IMG/VR virus record: IMGVR_UViG_3300050581_000203
Source of the DNA: an uncultured virus (IMG/VR IMGVR_UViG_3300050581_000203)
Taxonomy: Duplodnaviria > Heunggongvirae > Uroviricota > Caudoviricetes
Direction: 5' to 3' (one strand)
Length of the DNA stretch: 64,000 bases
The notes under the pieces were generated by a model, which worked only from the letters and a program-made list of their open reading frames with translations, had not been told where the DNA came from and did not search any database. The translations under genes were made by a program, and so were the position numbers. Of the stretch, positions 36,721 through 46,020 are shown piece after piece (positions within the stretch are counted from its first letter, which is position 1; every line of letters begins with the position of its first letter).

Positions 36721-37547
36721 TGCATTTCTCCCTGTGCGGCACGCCTGGCCTCGATCTGCCGGCGTGCGCGTTCCTGGCGCTTTTCCAGTTCTTGTTCGTT
36801 CGGTTCGATTTGGCTCCTACGGGATCGAGATCCCGACCGGGCGCCCTTGGCTTTCGGCTTTGGCGCTGGTTTTGGCGCCGGCAACGGCATGCCGGGTAAG
36901 CCCTGCTGAATCGCCTGGGAATAGTCGCGCAGGCGCAATACCGTCATCCCCGGCAGGTTGCGCACCTTGCCGTGCTCCCACTCTTCGCGCGTCATCTCGA
37001 AGATGCGCCGCAGTTCGCTTTCCTGGGCCTTGGGCGCCAGGATGCGCGCCAGTTGCGTTCGCACCGGCTCGCCGATCATGAACTCGCTCAGAAGCGCCTT
37101 CATGCGCTCGAAAGCCTGGTCTGCCGTTTCCGTTTCATGAGATTGCGCAACAGCAGCAGAAGCAGCAGCAGACTGATTGGAGATGTTCAAATTGCCTCCA
37201 GTAGTTCTGAAATCTGAACTACTGAACTTCTGAACTACTGAACTACTGGAACAAGCGTTCTGTACTACTGGCATCGGCGGATGTAACGTGTAGACCGCCT
37301 TACGACCAAATCTCAGTTGCTGCGTTACCCAGCCGGCGGCGATCAGTTCAGAGAGTGCTCTTGCCACGGTCGCTCGTGCGCGGACTGACGCCGCGCAGAT
37401 TTCGTTGTAGTCTGCTTCGAGCTGGTCCCGCCCTTGCGCTAGTGTTTGCAGGGCGATGTAGACCCGTGACGCTGACCCGCTAAGTCGATTGGTCATAGCC
37501 TGGACGTATAATGAAAAAGTCTGGAGAGCCTCCTCAAAGGGCTCCAC
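36717..37547 (-). CDS. Phage replication initiator (N-terminal winged helix)
   Basis: LSGSASRVY...RATVARALSELIAAGWV; precedes the DnaC-like gene; internal repeats. Confidence 0.75.
   Translation of the reverse strand: MEPFEEALQTFSLYVQAMTNRLSGSASRVYIALQTLAQGRDQLEADYNEICAASVRARATVARALSELIAAGWVTQQLRFGRKAVYTLHPPMPVVQNACSSSSVVQKFSSSDFRTTGGNLNISNQSAAASAAVAQSHETETADQAFERMKALLSEFMIGEPVRTQLARILAPKAQESELRRIFEMTREEWEHGKVRNLPGMTVLRLRDYSQAIQQGLPGMPLPAPKPAPKPKAKGARSGSRSRRSQIEPNEQELEKRQERARRQIEARRAAQGEMQ
37207..37270. repeat. Tandem 8-bp CTGAACTA repeats; probable phage origin iterons
   Basis: ctgaacta ctgaactt ctgaacta ctgaacta at 37214-37245, degenerate copies on both sides, inside the initiator gene. 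Confidence 0.7.
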
Positions 37548-37549
37548 TT

Positions 37550-37594
37550 AAGCCGACACTCCCCTGCTAGTCACAGATCAGTGTCGGCTTTTTT
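37550..37594 (-). promoter_or_regulatory. Early hairpin L carrying ATCTGTGACTAGCAGGGG
   Basis: 11-bp stem aagccgacact/agtgtcggctt; inner sequence shared with 42452-42468. Confidence 0.55.
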
Positions 37595-37811
37595 ACGCCT
37601 TCTCAAGTTCCACATCTGTGGAGATGCCAAGAAACTCGTTGACGGCTTTTGTTACCAATGCGCTTTCGTTTCCACCAAAGTCGACATCGGCGCTTCTTTC
37701 GACTTTTGCCGCAGTATCTATGGGGAAGGAGATCGTCTTCGAGACGAAGGCCGGCCTATCGCTGCGAATTCTTCGTCTGAGTCGAGGGCGATCTTCGGGC
37801 TGTCTGCTCAT
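37593..37811 (-). CDS. Ribbon-helix-helix-like small DNA-binding protein, first gene of the leftward early operon
   Basis: SKTISFP...AKVERSA...NESALVTKAVNEFL; GAGG RBS. Confidence 0.6.
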   Translation of the reverse strand: MSRQPEDRPRLRRRIRSDRPAFVSKTISFPIDTAAKVERSADVDFGGNESALVTKAVNEFLGISTDVELEKA

Positions 37812-37841
37812 TTTTGTCACCTCGCAATATAGCTACAGACA

Positions 37842-37876
37842 AGCCTAGCATTTCATTTGCTAATTGTCAATGGCTA
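37842..37876 (-). promoter_or_regulatory. Leftward early promoter/operator
   Basis: TTGACA-17 bp-TAGGCT with TGn extension; 29/35 identical to 42396-42430. Confidence 0.75.
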
Positions 37877-37936
37877 TTTACAGAGTAACAAAAAAGCCGC
37901 CTGAAGGTAGACTGGAGCAGTGTTATGATTTCAGCT

Positions 37937-38188
37937 ATGGAACCACGAACAGAAACGGGTCCTATACTGTCCTCGGTCACATTCGCCCAAGTGGAAGCGG
38001 CCTTGAAGGATGTTCCGGCGAACCTGTTGCCGGAAGTCTACGAATACCTGCTGGAGCTGCAATCTCGCGAGGACGTGCCGAACGATGATTTGCGCCAGGC
38101 GATTGAGGATGTACGCACTGGGCGCAACCTGAACACGTATGAGTCGGTCGACGAGCTATTCACCAAGATCAACGCGCCCGAGGCCTGA
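37937..38188 (+). CDS. Type II antitoxin (RelB/DinJ-like C-terminus)
   Basis: PNDDLRQAIEDV...YESVDELF; coupled to the YafQ-like toxin. Confidence 0.7.
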   Translation: MEPRTETGPILSSVTFAQVEAALKDVPANLLPEVYEYLLELQSREDVPNDDLRQAIEDVRTGRNLNTYESVDELFTKINAPEA

Positions 38189-38472
38189 TGGCACGTCTCA
38201 TCAAGACTACCAACCAGTTCGAGAAGCAACTGCGCTTGATGGGCAAGCGCGGTAAAGATCTGACCAAACTACAGGCAATCATCCAACGTCTGGCCAGCGA
38301 TGAGCCACTTCAGCCACGCCACCGTGATCACCAACTGACCGGCCATCTTGCCGACTTCCGCGAGTGCCATATCGAGCCGGATTGGTTGCTGGTTTATCGG
38401 CTGGGAACCCTAGACGACAAACCAGCCATCTTTCTTGTCGGCACAGGTACCCACGCAGACCTGTTTGGATAG
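38188..38472 (+). CDS. yafQ: YafQ-family mRNA interferase toxin
   Basis: RDHQLTG...RECHIEPDWLLVY...GTHADLF. Confidence 0.92.
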   Translation: MARLIKTTNQFEKQLRLMGKRGKDLTKLQAIIQRLASDEPLQPRHRDHQLTGHLADFRECHIEPDWLLVYRLGTLDDKPAIFLVGTGTHADLFG

Positions 38473-38603
38473 CTTGGCAAATGCGGTGGACTGCGCGACA
38501 GGGCCCATACGGACAATCGTGACCGTCACGGCATCCACGTCGGACATCGGCACGACGTGTATCGTTAGCGCAACCCATGCTCACGAGGAATTGCCGGGGC
38601 AAT

Positions 38604-38630
38604 AAAAATGCCGCCCGAAGGCGGCTTTTG
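38604..38630. terminator. Bidirectional intrinsic terminator
   Basis: aaaaat-gccgcc-cgaa-ggcggc-tttt between convergent genes. Confidence 0.7.
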
Positions 38631-38665
38631 CTGAAAGAGGGAGTCCAGCAACGAATAGGGACTTA

Positions 38666-39394
38666 TCACATAGCAGCAGCTACCGTGAACATCGGCATTT
38701 CATTCCACGTTCTACCCTCAAGTTCACGTCCCAGCTTTTTCTTTTGCACTCCTCCCCATTGCTTGAAGAAGAATGCCACACCGGCTTGTAAGCATTGATC
38801 CCGTATGTCTGTTACCCATTTAGGATCCATAGGACGGGCATCAGGGCCTGATTCTCCACCTACGATAACCCACTGTATTCCCTGTAAATTCAAGTCATTT
38901 AGTGGTCCCAACAGTGGCTCAAGTGAAAGGAATTTAACACTGGCTCCCGTTGATCTGAGGTCATCTATACGTGAAAGATAATCTTTATTCTCAACGCTAA
39001 CACCCATCCATATGTTAGGTGCCCAGGGTAATTGTTCACTGAGCCGTGCCAATCGATCCGCACGCTTCGTCAGCACTTGAAACTGATGCCAAGAAGCTTT
39101 ACCCATCACCTCGAATGTACGCATAATAAAGTCCGTGGGGACATCTTTATGGAACAGATCGCTCATCGAGTTGACAAATATCTTCCGGGGTTTTGTCCAG
39201 CTTAAAGGCAAGCTAAGCGTATCTTCATGTAGAGTCAACCTAAAACCATTTTGGTAGTGCGGCTGCCCCATTGCCTTTAGGCGCAAAGCCATACGCTCAG
39301 CGTAACAATGCTTGCATCCAGGGCTTATTTTTGTGCAGCCAGTTAAAGGGTTCCATGTTGCCTCAGTCCACTCAATGTCAGAGTTCTGAGCCAT
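38666..39394 (-). CDS. DUF5131 (phage Gp37/Gp68) family protein with a three-Cys motif
   Basis: [53 protein letters not shown]. Confidence 0.92.
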   Translation of the reverse strand: MAQNSDIEWTEATWNPLTGCTKISPGCKHCYAERMALRLKAMGQPHYQNGFRLTLHEDTLSLPLSWTKPRKIFVNSMSDLFHKDVPTDFIMRTFEVMGKASWHQFQVLTKRADRLARLSEQLPWAPNIWMGVSVENKDYLSRIDDLRSTGASVKFLSLEPLLGPLNDLNLQGIQWVIVGGESGPDARPMDPKWVTDIRDQCLQAGVAFFFKQWGGVQKKKLGRELEGRTWNEMPMFTVAAAM

Positions 39395-39496
39395 ATAACA
39401 CTCCTCAAGTTATCCATAATAAGAAAAGACAGCACACAATTGAATAACCTCACTAATAATACTCTTGAACCCCAGCTTTTTGACAATGATTGTCAA

Positions 39497-40771
39497 TCAA
39501 GAAAAGACGATCTCGGTGTCATTTCTGAATCTACTAGCATCAAACGAGGCGCGCGGAGGAGTAGAGGATTTCAGTCTTTTGAGGGCGGCCTCTATCTCTG
39601 TTCGGAAATATGGTTCATCTACTAGGCTCTCGCAAATATCCCTAAATGTAAGTGTGCTATTCCTATTGTTCCGATAAATCTGGTCCGCAATTTGTTCGGG
39701 GGTATCTCTAGAGGGGGGCGGTTCTGTTGGAGCTACATCGTCCGCACTAAACATAGTTAGCTGACCGGGTTTAGCCTTTTTCGCATCAGCAAGCTTCCAC
39801 CGCAAGACATTTTCCTGGTAACCTGCATCGGCTATTACCTGATTCATAGCTAATGCGCCGTCCACGTTGTGAGTTGTCAGATACAAGTGATATAGAACTC
39901 GTTCTCTGTCCTCAACCCGAAGAGGAATTGATTTAACGACAACTGAGCTATCCTGGGACTTGAGCCGGTACTTATACAGGTTGGCAAGATCAATCTCCTT
40001 TTGATCAAACTCATCTTCTGGGATATCTGATTCCAGTGCTTCTACAAGAACCCGCCAACTATCATTACCAAACATCTTGTCATAATGTCCAAGCTGCTTC
40101 TGTTCTTGAGGCGTTTTTGTCGCTTTAGATGCAACCCCTCTCCTTCGAATAAGTGCAGCATACGGCATATAAATCATCGTGTCGTTGGTTGGTTGCTGTA
40201 TAACTTGCCCCACAAAGTCCAGTGGAATTGGCCCATAAGGATCAAGGAAGTAGAAGGCCTTCGTGTATCTCTTGTTGGTGTAATTGATTAAGTCACTCCG
40301 CATGTCTATTGCATTGGCATGGAAGGCTGCTATGCCGCCATCAGTAAGTGTTCCAAGTGCACTCACATCATAAATGGTGTTTGTGTAGCCTTTACGATGA
40401 AGCGTTTCTACTAGTTCGTTATATCGGTTCCTGCTCGATTCCACGCAAATATAGTTGATCGTAAGGTTGACGCCATAGGTTCGAGCCTTAGGGCGAAGGC
40501 CCTCAAGTGTTTCAATGCCGATGAGTGGAGACCCTGCGACAAATGACTTCGTAAGACCGCGTTCCACTTCCTCAATTTCACCATCGTACCAGCCGAATGA
40601 ACTGAAGCAATCCACATAGACAAGATGGATACCTAGTGTTTTCTGGGGATTCCTATCCTGAGCATGCTTCATGCCAGTTAATATGATCCCACCCCACCTT
40701 TTGAGATATTCGCGCAGAATAGTGTGTTTTATTTTCGTTGGCACATGTCTAGGTTCAACAGTATCAGGCAT
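39497..40771 (-). CDS. tcmP: Three-Cys-motif partner protein (SAM-dependent methyltransferase-like)
   Basis: TKIKHTILREYLKRW, YVDCFSSFG, GSPL, FLDPYG; adjacent to DUF5131. Confidence 0.8.
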   Translation of the reverse strand: MPDTVEPRHVPTKIKHTILREYLKRWGGIILTGMKHAQDRNPQKTLGIHLVYVDCFSSFGWYDGEIEEVERGLTKSFVAGSPLIGIETLEGLRPKARTYGVNLTINYICVESSRNRYNELVETLHRKGYTNTIYDVSALGTLTDGGIAAFHANAIDMRSDLINYTNKRYTKAFYFLDPYGPIPLDFVGQVIQQPTNDTMIYMPYAALIRRRGVASKATKTPQEQKQLGHYDKMFGNDSWRVLVEALESDIPEDEFDQKEIDLANLYKYRLKSQDSSVVVKSIPLRVEDRERVLYHLYLTTHNVDGALAMNQVIADAGYQENVLRWKLADAKKAKPGQLTMFSADDVAPTEPPPSRDTPEQIADQIYRNNRNSTLTFRDICESLVDEPYFRTEIEAALKRLKSSTPPRASFDASRFRNDTEIVFS

Positions 40772-40989
40772 AAATCATCATGTTCCTTCCCCAAAGTCAG
40801 GCTTGTAGTACAAGTGGCAAACGATTCTTTTCCCCCACTACCTTCACCTTTGGTTCTCACTGCTGCGATATTAGTGTAGTGTTCAGTATGCCAACTTCGA
40901 AGGCTCGACTTCATCCACTAAAGGACGAGCATGTTTGACGGGTAAGTGTTTAATACTACACAAGCATTGTGGCTATCATTGTCAGGTCA

Positions 40990-41766
40990 TCATTTCACAG
41001 GCAAGTCTTCACAGGGATTACCATCATGATCACTACCATCCAGCTTTGAATAACCGGCAGCTAATGCAACTTTCGCCTGAGCTTGGGTATCGAAGTCGTC
41101 GCAAGTTACGCTGCCATTATGATCGCGGTCAAAGTCCTGAGTGCTTTGTGCCGGCGGGGCGATGGATTGTTCGGCCGCAGTTGCCTCTTCCACAACTGGC
41201 GCTGCTGGCGCAGATGCAACAATAATGTTCGTGAGATCACCGCTGAGTGTGACCAATTCGCCGAACACCCACCCCGGCTGCTCGTTCAAGTTGATCTGCC
41301 ACCAGGTGGCATCCGCATTCTTGCCAGTGATCGGAGCAGTTTGGCCCTTCTGTAGTTGGCCGATCTGGTCGTAACTTGTGTCGGGGCCGCTGCGCACGTT
41401 GATGGCGTCGTTGCCTTCCTTCACGGTCAACGACGGTTGCGACGCCGTCGCTACCGGCGCATCAGTGGCCGCCGGGGCTTCAGTGGGCGCTTCTGGCTGA
41501 GCTGTAGGAGCTTCGGTCGCCGGCGCAACGCTCGCAACCGTCTGTGTGGCTTGCGCGGGCTCCGTGCTGAAGACCGTCACCTGGATGGCGACGCTCTTAT
41601 CGCTAATAGAGGCAACCGCAGTTGCGGTCGGCGTGGCGGCAGAGCGCGGAGTGATGGCATTTGCAAGCGCGCTGCACAGGCATAGCGTAACGAACAATCC
41701 ACCGGTGCTAATCAACACCTTGCCCTTTGTGGTGCTCTTGCGCCAGGTATTCTTGATGAACTGCAT
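40990..41766 (-). CDS. Membrane-anchored SH3 plus Excalibur-like protein
   Basis: TM, Ala/Thr/Pro linker, NVRSGPDTSY...WWQI; CDDFDTQAQA...LDGSDHDGNPCE. Confidence 0.75.
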   Translation of the reverse strand: MQFIKNTWRKSTTKGKVLISTGGLFVTLCLCSALANAITPRSAATPTATAVASISDKSVAIQVTVFSTEPAQATQTVASVAPATEAPTAQPEAPTEAPAATDAPVATASQPSLTVKEGNDAINVRSGPDTSYDQIGQLQKGQTAPITGKNADATWWQINLNEQPGWVFGELVTLSGDLTNIIVASAPAAPVVEEATAAEQSIAPPAQSTQDFDRDHNGSVTCDDFDTQAQAKVALAAGYSKLDGSDHDGNPCEDLPVK

Positions 41767-41920
41767 TTACACCCCCGTGTATCAATGCTGTGCTAAACCA
41801 GGCGAACTTGGTGTGGGTTACTCAATGATCACATTTGGGCCGTACACCCACAGCCGACCAGCGTCATCTATTTGGAATGGATAGCCTTCCAAAATGTAGG
41901 GAATTAATGGTGCAATTCCG

Positions 41921-42391
41921 CTACGGCTCATCATGCGCAAGATTCGGCTTTGCCGCATGCTTAGGTTGAGTTTTCTGAATGCGTTTTTGACGATTCGCAG
42001 CTTCGCGCGCGATGACCTCGATGACGTCCAGGGTTCTTTCGAGTTCGTCGTCGTCATCAATTTTGGCGAGTAAGCGGCGAGTTTCCTGTAGGGCTTCTTC
42101 ATCGTCTAGCAGTTCCTCATCGATCAAGCCAGCTATTTTGAAAACTTCTACTTGTGACTTATCTAATGCTTTGGCTATTGCTCGCAGAAGCTCGGGACCC
42201 GCGGCGCGTTTGCGATTAATGACATTTGATAGGGTCGCTTGAGCCACTCCAGCTTTAGCAGCTAGTACCTGTGGCGTCCAATCATGCTCATTAAGCTGAT
42301 CCTGAAGCCATTTGACGAATGTATTGTCGGGGTCACGAGTGCTAGTCACTTTGAAAGTATAACTGCCCACCATAATTCTGTGGCTATCCAC
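41921..42391 (-). CDS. XRE-family prophage repressor (start uncertain)
   Basis: WTPQVLAAKAGVAQATLSNVIN...IAKAL; divergent from the rightward early operon. Confidence 0.8.
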   Translation of the reverse strand: MDSHRIMVGSYTFKVTSTRDPDNTFVKWLQDQLNEHDWTPQVLAAKAGVAQATLSNVINRKRAAGPELLRAIAKALDKSQVEVFKIAGLIDEELLDDEEALQETRRLLAKIDDDDELERTLDVIEVIAREAANRQKRIQKTQPKHAAKPNLAHDEP

Positions 42392-42395
42392 AGGT

Positions 42396-42430
42396 TAGCC
42401 ATTGACAATTAGCTAATGCTATGCTAAAGT
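42396..42430 (+). promoter_or_regulatory. Rightward early promoter/operator
   Basis: TTGACA-17 bp-TAAAGT with TGn extension; palindrome ATTAGCTAAT in the spacer. Confidence 0.75.
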
Positions 42431-42439
42431 TTTCACAAG

Positions 42440-42474
42440 AAAAAGGCGCGTATCTGGACTAGCAGGGGCGCGCT
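42440..42474 (+). promoter_or_regulatory. Early hairpin R carrying ATCTGGACTAGCAGGGG
   Basis: aaaaag-gcgcg-tatctggactagcagggg-cgcgc. Confidence 0.55.
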
Positions 42475-42494
42475 CACTTTGAGGAGGCATTTGT

Positions 42495-42809
42495 ATGGGG
42501 AAGAATTACCGCAGGCATTGGGACCAGATGGGCGCATATAGCCCATCGCGCATCGCGTACCTTCGCGAGCAAGAGGCGCTGCACGCAATGGCAGCCGCAG
42601 CTACGGCCCAGGCGCGCACCGCCACAGCCGAAGGCTGGCCAGACCCCGAATGGTACTACTACATCCGCCGGCGCGGCCAATGGTTGACTTTCGATCACTT
42701 CCTGCCCGATCAGCCGCTACAGACCGTCAAAGTGCTGAATGGCTCGCCGGAGCACGAACACGTCAAGGCCGTGAACGCGGTAGCGCGTCAGATGGGGGTG
42801 CTCATATGA
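42495..42809 (+). CDS. Hypothetical early protein
   Basis: GAGGAGG RBS; first gene after the rightward promoter. Confidence 0.65.
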   Translation: MGKNYRRHWDQMGAYSPSRIAYLREQEALHAMAAAATAQARTATAEGWPDPEWYYYIRRRGQWLTFDHFLPDQPLQTVKVLNGSPEHEHVKAVNAVARQMGVLI

Positions 42810-42910
42810 ACATCCCACTCGCCGGCATCGTCATCGCCGCCGTGTTGGTCCTATTCCTGGCCCTGGTAGTGGGCGTGTTGTATGTGATTGGAAGGAGCGT
42901 GGGCCGATGA
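42806..42910 (+). CDS. Small single-TM peptide (34 aa)
   Basis: MNIPLAGIVIAAVLVLFLALVVGVLYVIGRSVGR*; ATGA-coupled. Confidence 0.5.
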   Translation: MNIPLAGIVIAAVLVLFLALVVGVLYVIGRSVGR

Positions 42911-43044
42911 ACAATTACCGTTGGGGCTATCGCGAAGCGCGCCTGGCGCGCCGTTCGTCGCGCGCCGCCGGCAAGGTCGTCTTGCTCGTCGCGCTCGTGC
43001 TGCTGATCGGCGTGATCGCGGTGATCTGCATGGCGGGAGTGTGA
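42907..43044 (+). CDS. Small single-TM peptide (45 aa)
   Basis: MNNYRWGYRE...VVLLVALVLLIGVIAVICMAGV*; ATGA-coupled. Confidence 0.5.
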   Translation: MNNYRWGYREARLARRSSRAAGKVVLLVALVLLIGVIAVICMAGV

Positions 43045-43045
43045 G

Positions 43046-43552
43046 ATGACGCTCAGCCAAGCGCAACTCGAGCAACGCCGCGCCGCCGGAAGGGCCAGGG
43101 CGAAAGCGTTCAACTCGGCATATCAGGTGGCCGCTCGCGCGCAGCAATCGCACGAGTCGCTCGCCGCGCGCGGGCGTAAGGGATTTGCGGCGCTCGTGCG
43201 CAAGCACGGTAAAGATAAGGCGCTGGAGCACCTGGCCGAATATCGCCGCGAGCATCCCACCGAAATAGAACGGCGCGTCGCGGCCTGGCTCGACGCCCAC
43301 CACGTCGCCTATCGACGCGAAGCCAGCGTCGCCGGCGTGTACGTCGATTTTCTACTCGACGACGGCACCACGGTGCTGGAGTGCGACGGCGCCATCTGGC
43401 ACGCCAACGACCCGTTGCACGGCCAAGACCGCGCCGGCCGCGACGCCCTGCACGAAATGGCGCTCGCCGCCAACGGCTACCGTCTCATCCGCCTGCCCGA
43501 AGCCGCCATTCTCGACGGCTCGGCGTTCGTCCAACTGGAGCAACAACTATGA
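43046..43552 (+). CDS. DUF559/Vsr-like PD-(D/E)XK endonuclease
   Basis: PTEIE...YVDF...LECDGAIWH...RD...GYRLIR. Confidence 0.75.
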   Translation: MTLSQAQLEQRRAAGRARAKAFNSAYQVAARAQQSHESLAARGRKGFAALVRKHGKDKALEHLAEYRREHPTEIERRVAAWLDAHHVAYRREASVAGVYVDFLLDDGTTVLECDGAIWHANDPLHGQDRAGRDALHEMALAANGYRLIRLPEAAILDGSAFVQLEQQL

Positions 43553-43815
43553 GCCACAGCCAACCCGGCATCCAGGACGTCGTGATCGACGGTTCGGGCG
43601 TGTTGTTCCGCGTCCGCGCCGGCACGCGCATGCGGTGGGCCTTTGTCGACGGCCTGACCGCCGGCATGCTCAACCTGGACGCGCTGCGCGAAGCCGGCGC
43701 GCAAATCGTCGACTTCTGCCACCCGGCGGAGATGGGGCAGGAAGAGGTCGAGGCGGCGATGGCCGCTGAAGTCCACCACCTGTTCACGTATGGGGAACCG
43801 AGAAGGAGCGAATAG
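43549..43815 (+). CDS. Hypothetical phage protein
   Basis: Start MSHSQPG, ATGA-coupled. Confidence 0.5.
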   Translation: MSHSQPGIQDVVIDGSGVLFRVRAGTRMRWAFVDGLTAGMLNLDALREAGAQIVDFCHPAEMGQEEVEAAMAAEVHHLFTYGEPRRSE

Positions 43816-43817
43816 CG

Positions 43818-44519
43818 ATGCCATACGACGAAACCAAAATGCTCGACATGCTACGCGCCATGTACGGCGGCGAATACACCGGCGACGAGCTGCACGTGCT
43901 CCTGGTCGCCGGCCAGAACAGCGGCCTGGACCCGCTCTTTCGCGAAATCATCCCAATGCGCGACCCGGACACCGGCCTGTTCTACCCCTACGCCGCGTCG
44001 AAGTCCATCGTCTCGCAACTGGAGGAAACCATCCACCAGCGCGGCGCGACGTGCTGGTTTGATATGCGCTACATCGTGGACCCGCATGAACGTTTTGCGC
44101 TGCAGCTCGATCCTGCCGATACGGCGGTGGAAGTCCGGCTGAGCGACACGCTGGCCCAGATGGAATACCGCAAGCTCCTGGCCGATCTGCGCGAACTCGG
44201 CTATCCGTTCGAGGACTGCATCCGGGACATCGGCCCATGCCCGCGCCCGACGGTGACCGTCGCGGTGGGGCGCTTCCTGGCCACCGAAGCGCTGGAGCCG
44301 AAGTTCCGCATGACGGCCGCCGACTACGCCATCAAGCGCGGGATGCGCCGCGCCGCCGAGCTACGCATGCCCATGACCGGCGCGGCACGCATCGGCGCCG
44401 ATCTGAAGCCGCTCAGCGAAATCGACGCGCTGCCCGCGCCCGAACGTGTGCCGGCGGCGCATACGCACGAGGAGCGCGCCCGCATGCTTGGGCGCACCGA
44501 CGACGACAGTCTCATTTAG
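43818..44519 (+). CDS. Possible Bet/RecT-like annealing protein
   Basis: TGDELHVLL...GLDPLFREI N-terminus and AIKRGMRRA C-terminal motif resemble Bet. Confidence 0.45.
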   Translation: MPYDETKMLDMLRAMYGGEYTGDELHVLLVAGQNSGLDPLFREIIPMRDPDTGLFYPYAASKSIVSQLEETIHQRGATCWFDMRYIVDPHERFALQLDPADTAVEVRLSDTLAQMEYRKLLADLRELGYPFEDCIRDIGPCPRPTVTVAVGRFLATEALEPKFRMTAADYAIKRGMRRAAELRMPMTGAARIGADLKPLSEIDALPAPERVPAAHTHEERARMLGRTDDDSLI

Positions 44520-44528
44520 GAGGAAATC

Positions 44529-45944
44529 ATGCCGATAAAAGGCTTAACAGATCAACAAGCCCAATTCCCGCGCGTGGGCGTGCTGCGCAAGGGCGCGGCC
44601 AAAGCCGGCAACGCGCCGGGCGCCGACCTGAAATACTTTCGTTTCACCGACGCGGACGACAAAGCCGCCGCGGATTTCAAAGCCGTCTACGGCGATGCGC
44701 CGGTCGCGATCCGCGTGCTGTTGCCCTATCGCGCGCCCGAAGAGAACTTCCACGCCTGGCTGGAGGAATACACCGCCTCCAGCCTGATCCGCCGCTGCGA
44801 CGGCGAGACGCAGGTGCTCACCCGCGTCGGCACGCGCTACGATCAGACCCCGCGCCCGTGTTTGCGCGCCCAGGGCAAGCCCTGCAACTGTAAACAATCC
44901 GGCCGGCTCTTCGTGATCGTGCCCGAACTGAAGCGTGCCGGCTACGTGGTCGCGTTGACCACCTCGAAGCACGACATCAAGAACCTCAGCGCGCAACTGG
45001 CTGCGGCGGCGGCCATCGTCGGCGACCTGTCGTTCCGCGTGCCGTTCATCCTCAGCCGCAAGCCGGTGAAGATCAGCACGCCCAACGGCAACAAGCTGGC
45101 CCGCCGCGAAAAGTGGTTGCTCTCCATCGAGATCGATCCGAGCTTCGTGCAGGCCAAGCTCACGGCCATGCAGCGCGACGCGCTCCTGCAACTGAACGCG
45201 CCGGTGGAGCCGCTCTTGGACGAACCCGACGACGACGACGAGCTGGTGGAAGCCCCCGCGCGCCAGCCGGCCCCGGCGCCGGCGATCAGCCTCGAGGAAG
45301 CGCGCCGGCGCTACGCGGATGCCGCCAACACGGCGGTGAACGCAGTGGGGCAGCTTAGCCAGGCCGGGCGCGAGACGGAAGCCGCCGCGCTGGACAAGCT
45401 GATCGCGGCCAACCGCGTCAACGCGAAGGGTGCCGCGCTGGATCATCTCCTGGGCGCGGCGGACGCACTCGCACAAGCCACGCGCGAGGCGCTTGCTGGC
45501 AACGGCGAACTGCAAGCCGAAGCGCTCGTTGCGCCGGCGGACGATGACCAGGACGAAGCGCCGGCCGAGGAGGCGGAACAACCCGCACAACCGGAGCAAG
45601 CGCCCGTCACGGTTGAACGCCTGAAACGCCAGGTCGCCGAAGCGGCTGCCAGGCGCGCCGGGCAGAAGGCCAGCGAGAAACAACGCCAGATGGCCTTCCT
45701 CGCGCTGCGCGAGGCCTGCGGCGGCGACGACGCCAAACGTCACACCGTCCAGACGCGCGTGCTGGGCGTCGATAAGTTCGAGCACCAGACCGACGCGCAG
45801 GTGCTGGCCCTGATCGACTGGCTGAAGCCGTTCCTGGGGCCGGACAAGAAATATCACCCCAACCAGGCCGCCGCGCAAGACGTGGCGCGCGTGGCGAACG
45901 AAACGCTGGAGAGCGCCGGCCAGCAGCAATTACCGCTCGGTTGA
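44529..45944 (+). CDS. phiC31 gp3-like recombination directionality factor domain with a long C-terminal extension
   Basis: MPIKGL...RVGVLRKG...DLKYFRF, RRCDGE, C..C.CK.SGRL.VIVPEL...G. Confidence 0.7.
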   Translation: MPIKGLTDQQAQFPRVGVLRKGAAKAGNAPGADLKYFRFTDADDKAAADFKAVYGDAPVAIRVLLPYRAPEENFHAWLEEYTASSLIRRCDGETQVLTRVGTRYDQTPRPCLRAQGKPCNCKQSGRLFVIVPELKRAGYVVALTTSKHDIKNLSAQLAAAAAIVGDLSFRVPFILSRKPVKISTPNGNKLARREKWLLSIEIDPSFVQAKLTAMQRDALLQLNAPVEPLLDEPDDDDELVEAPARQPAPAPAISLEEARRRYADAANTAVNAVGQLSQAGRETEAAALDKLIAANRVNAKGAALDHLLGAADALAQATREALAGNGELQAEALVAPADDDQDEAPAEEAEQPAQPEQAPVTVERLKRQVAEAAARRAGQKASEKQRQMAFLALREACGGDDAKRHTVQTRVLGVDKFEHQTDAQVLALIDWLKPFLGPDKKYHPNQAAAQDVARVANETLESAGQQQLPLG

Positions 45945-46020
45945 TATGCGCCCGCGTGGGCGACCCGGTTCGGCGGACCGCGTCGCCCGCGCAATTTGAT
46001 GAACCCTACAGGTGAACGAA

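Noticed and set aside
37937..38472. TA pair as a novel system
   Set aside because: Ordinary RelB/DinJ-YafQ-type module
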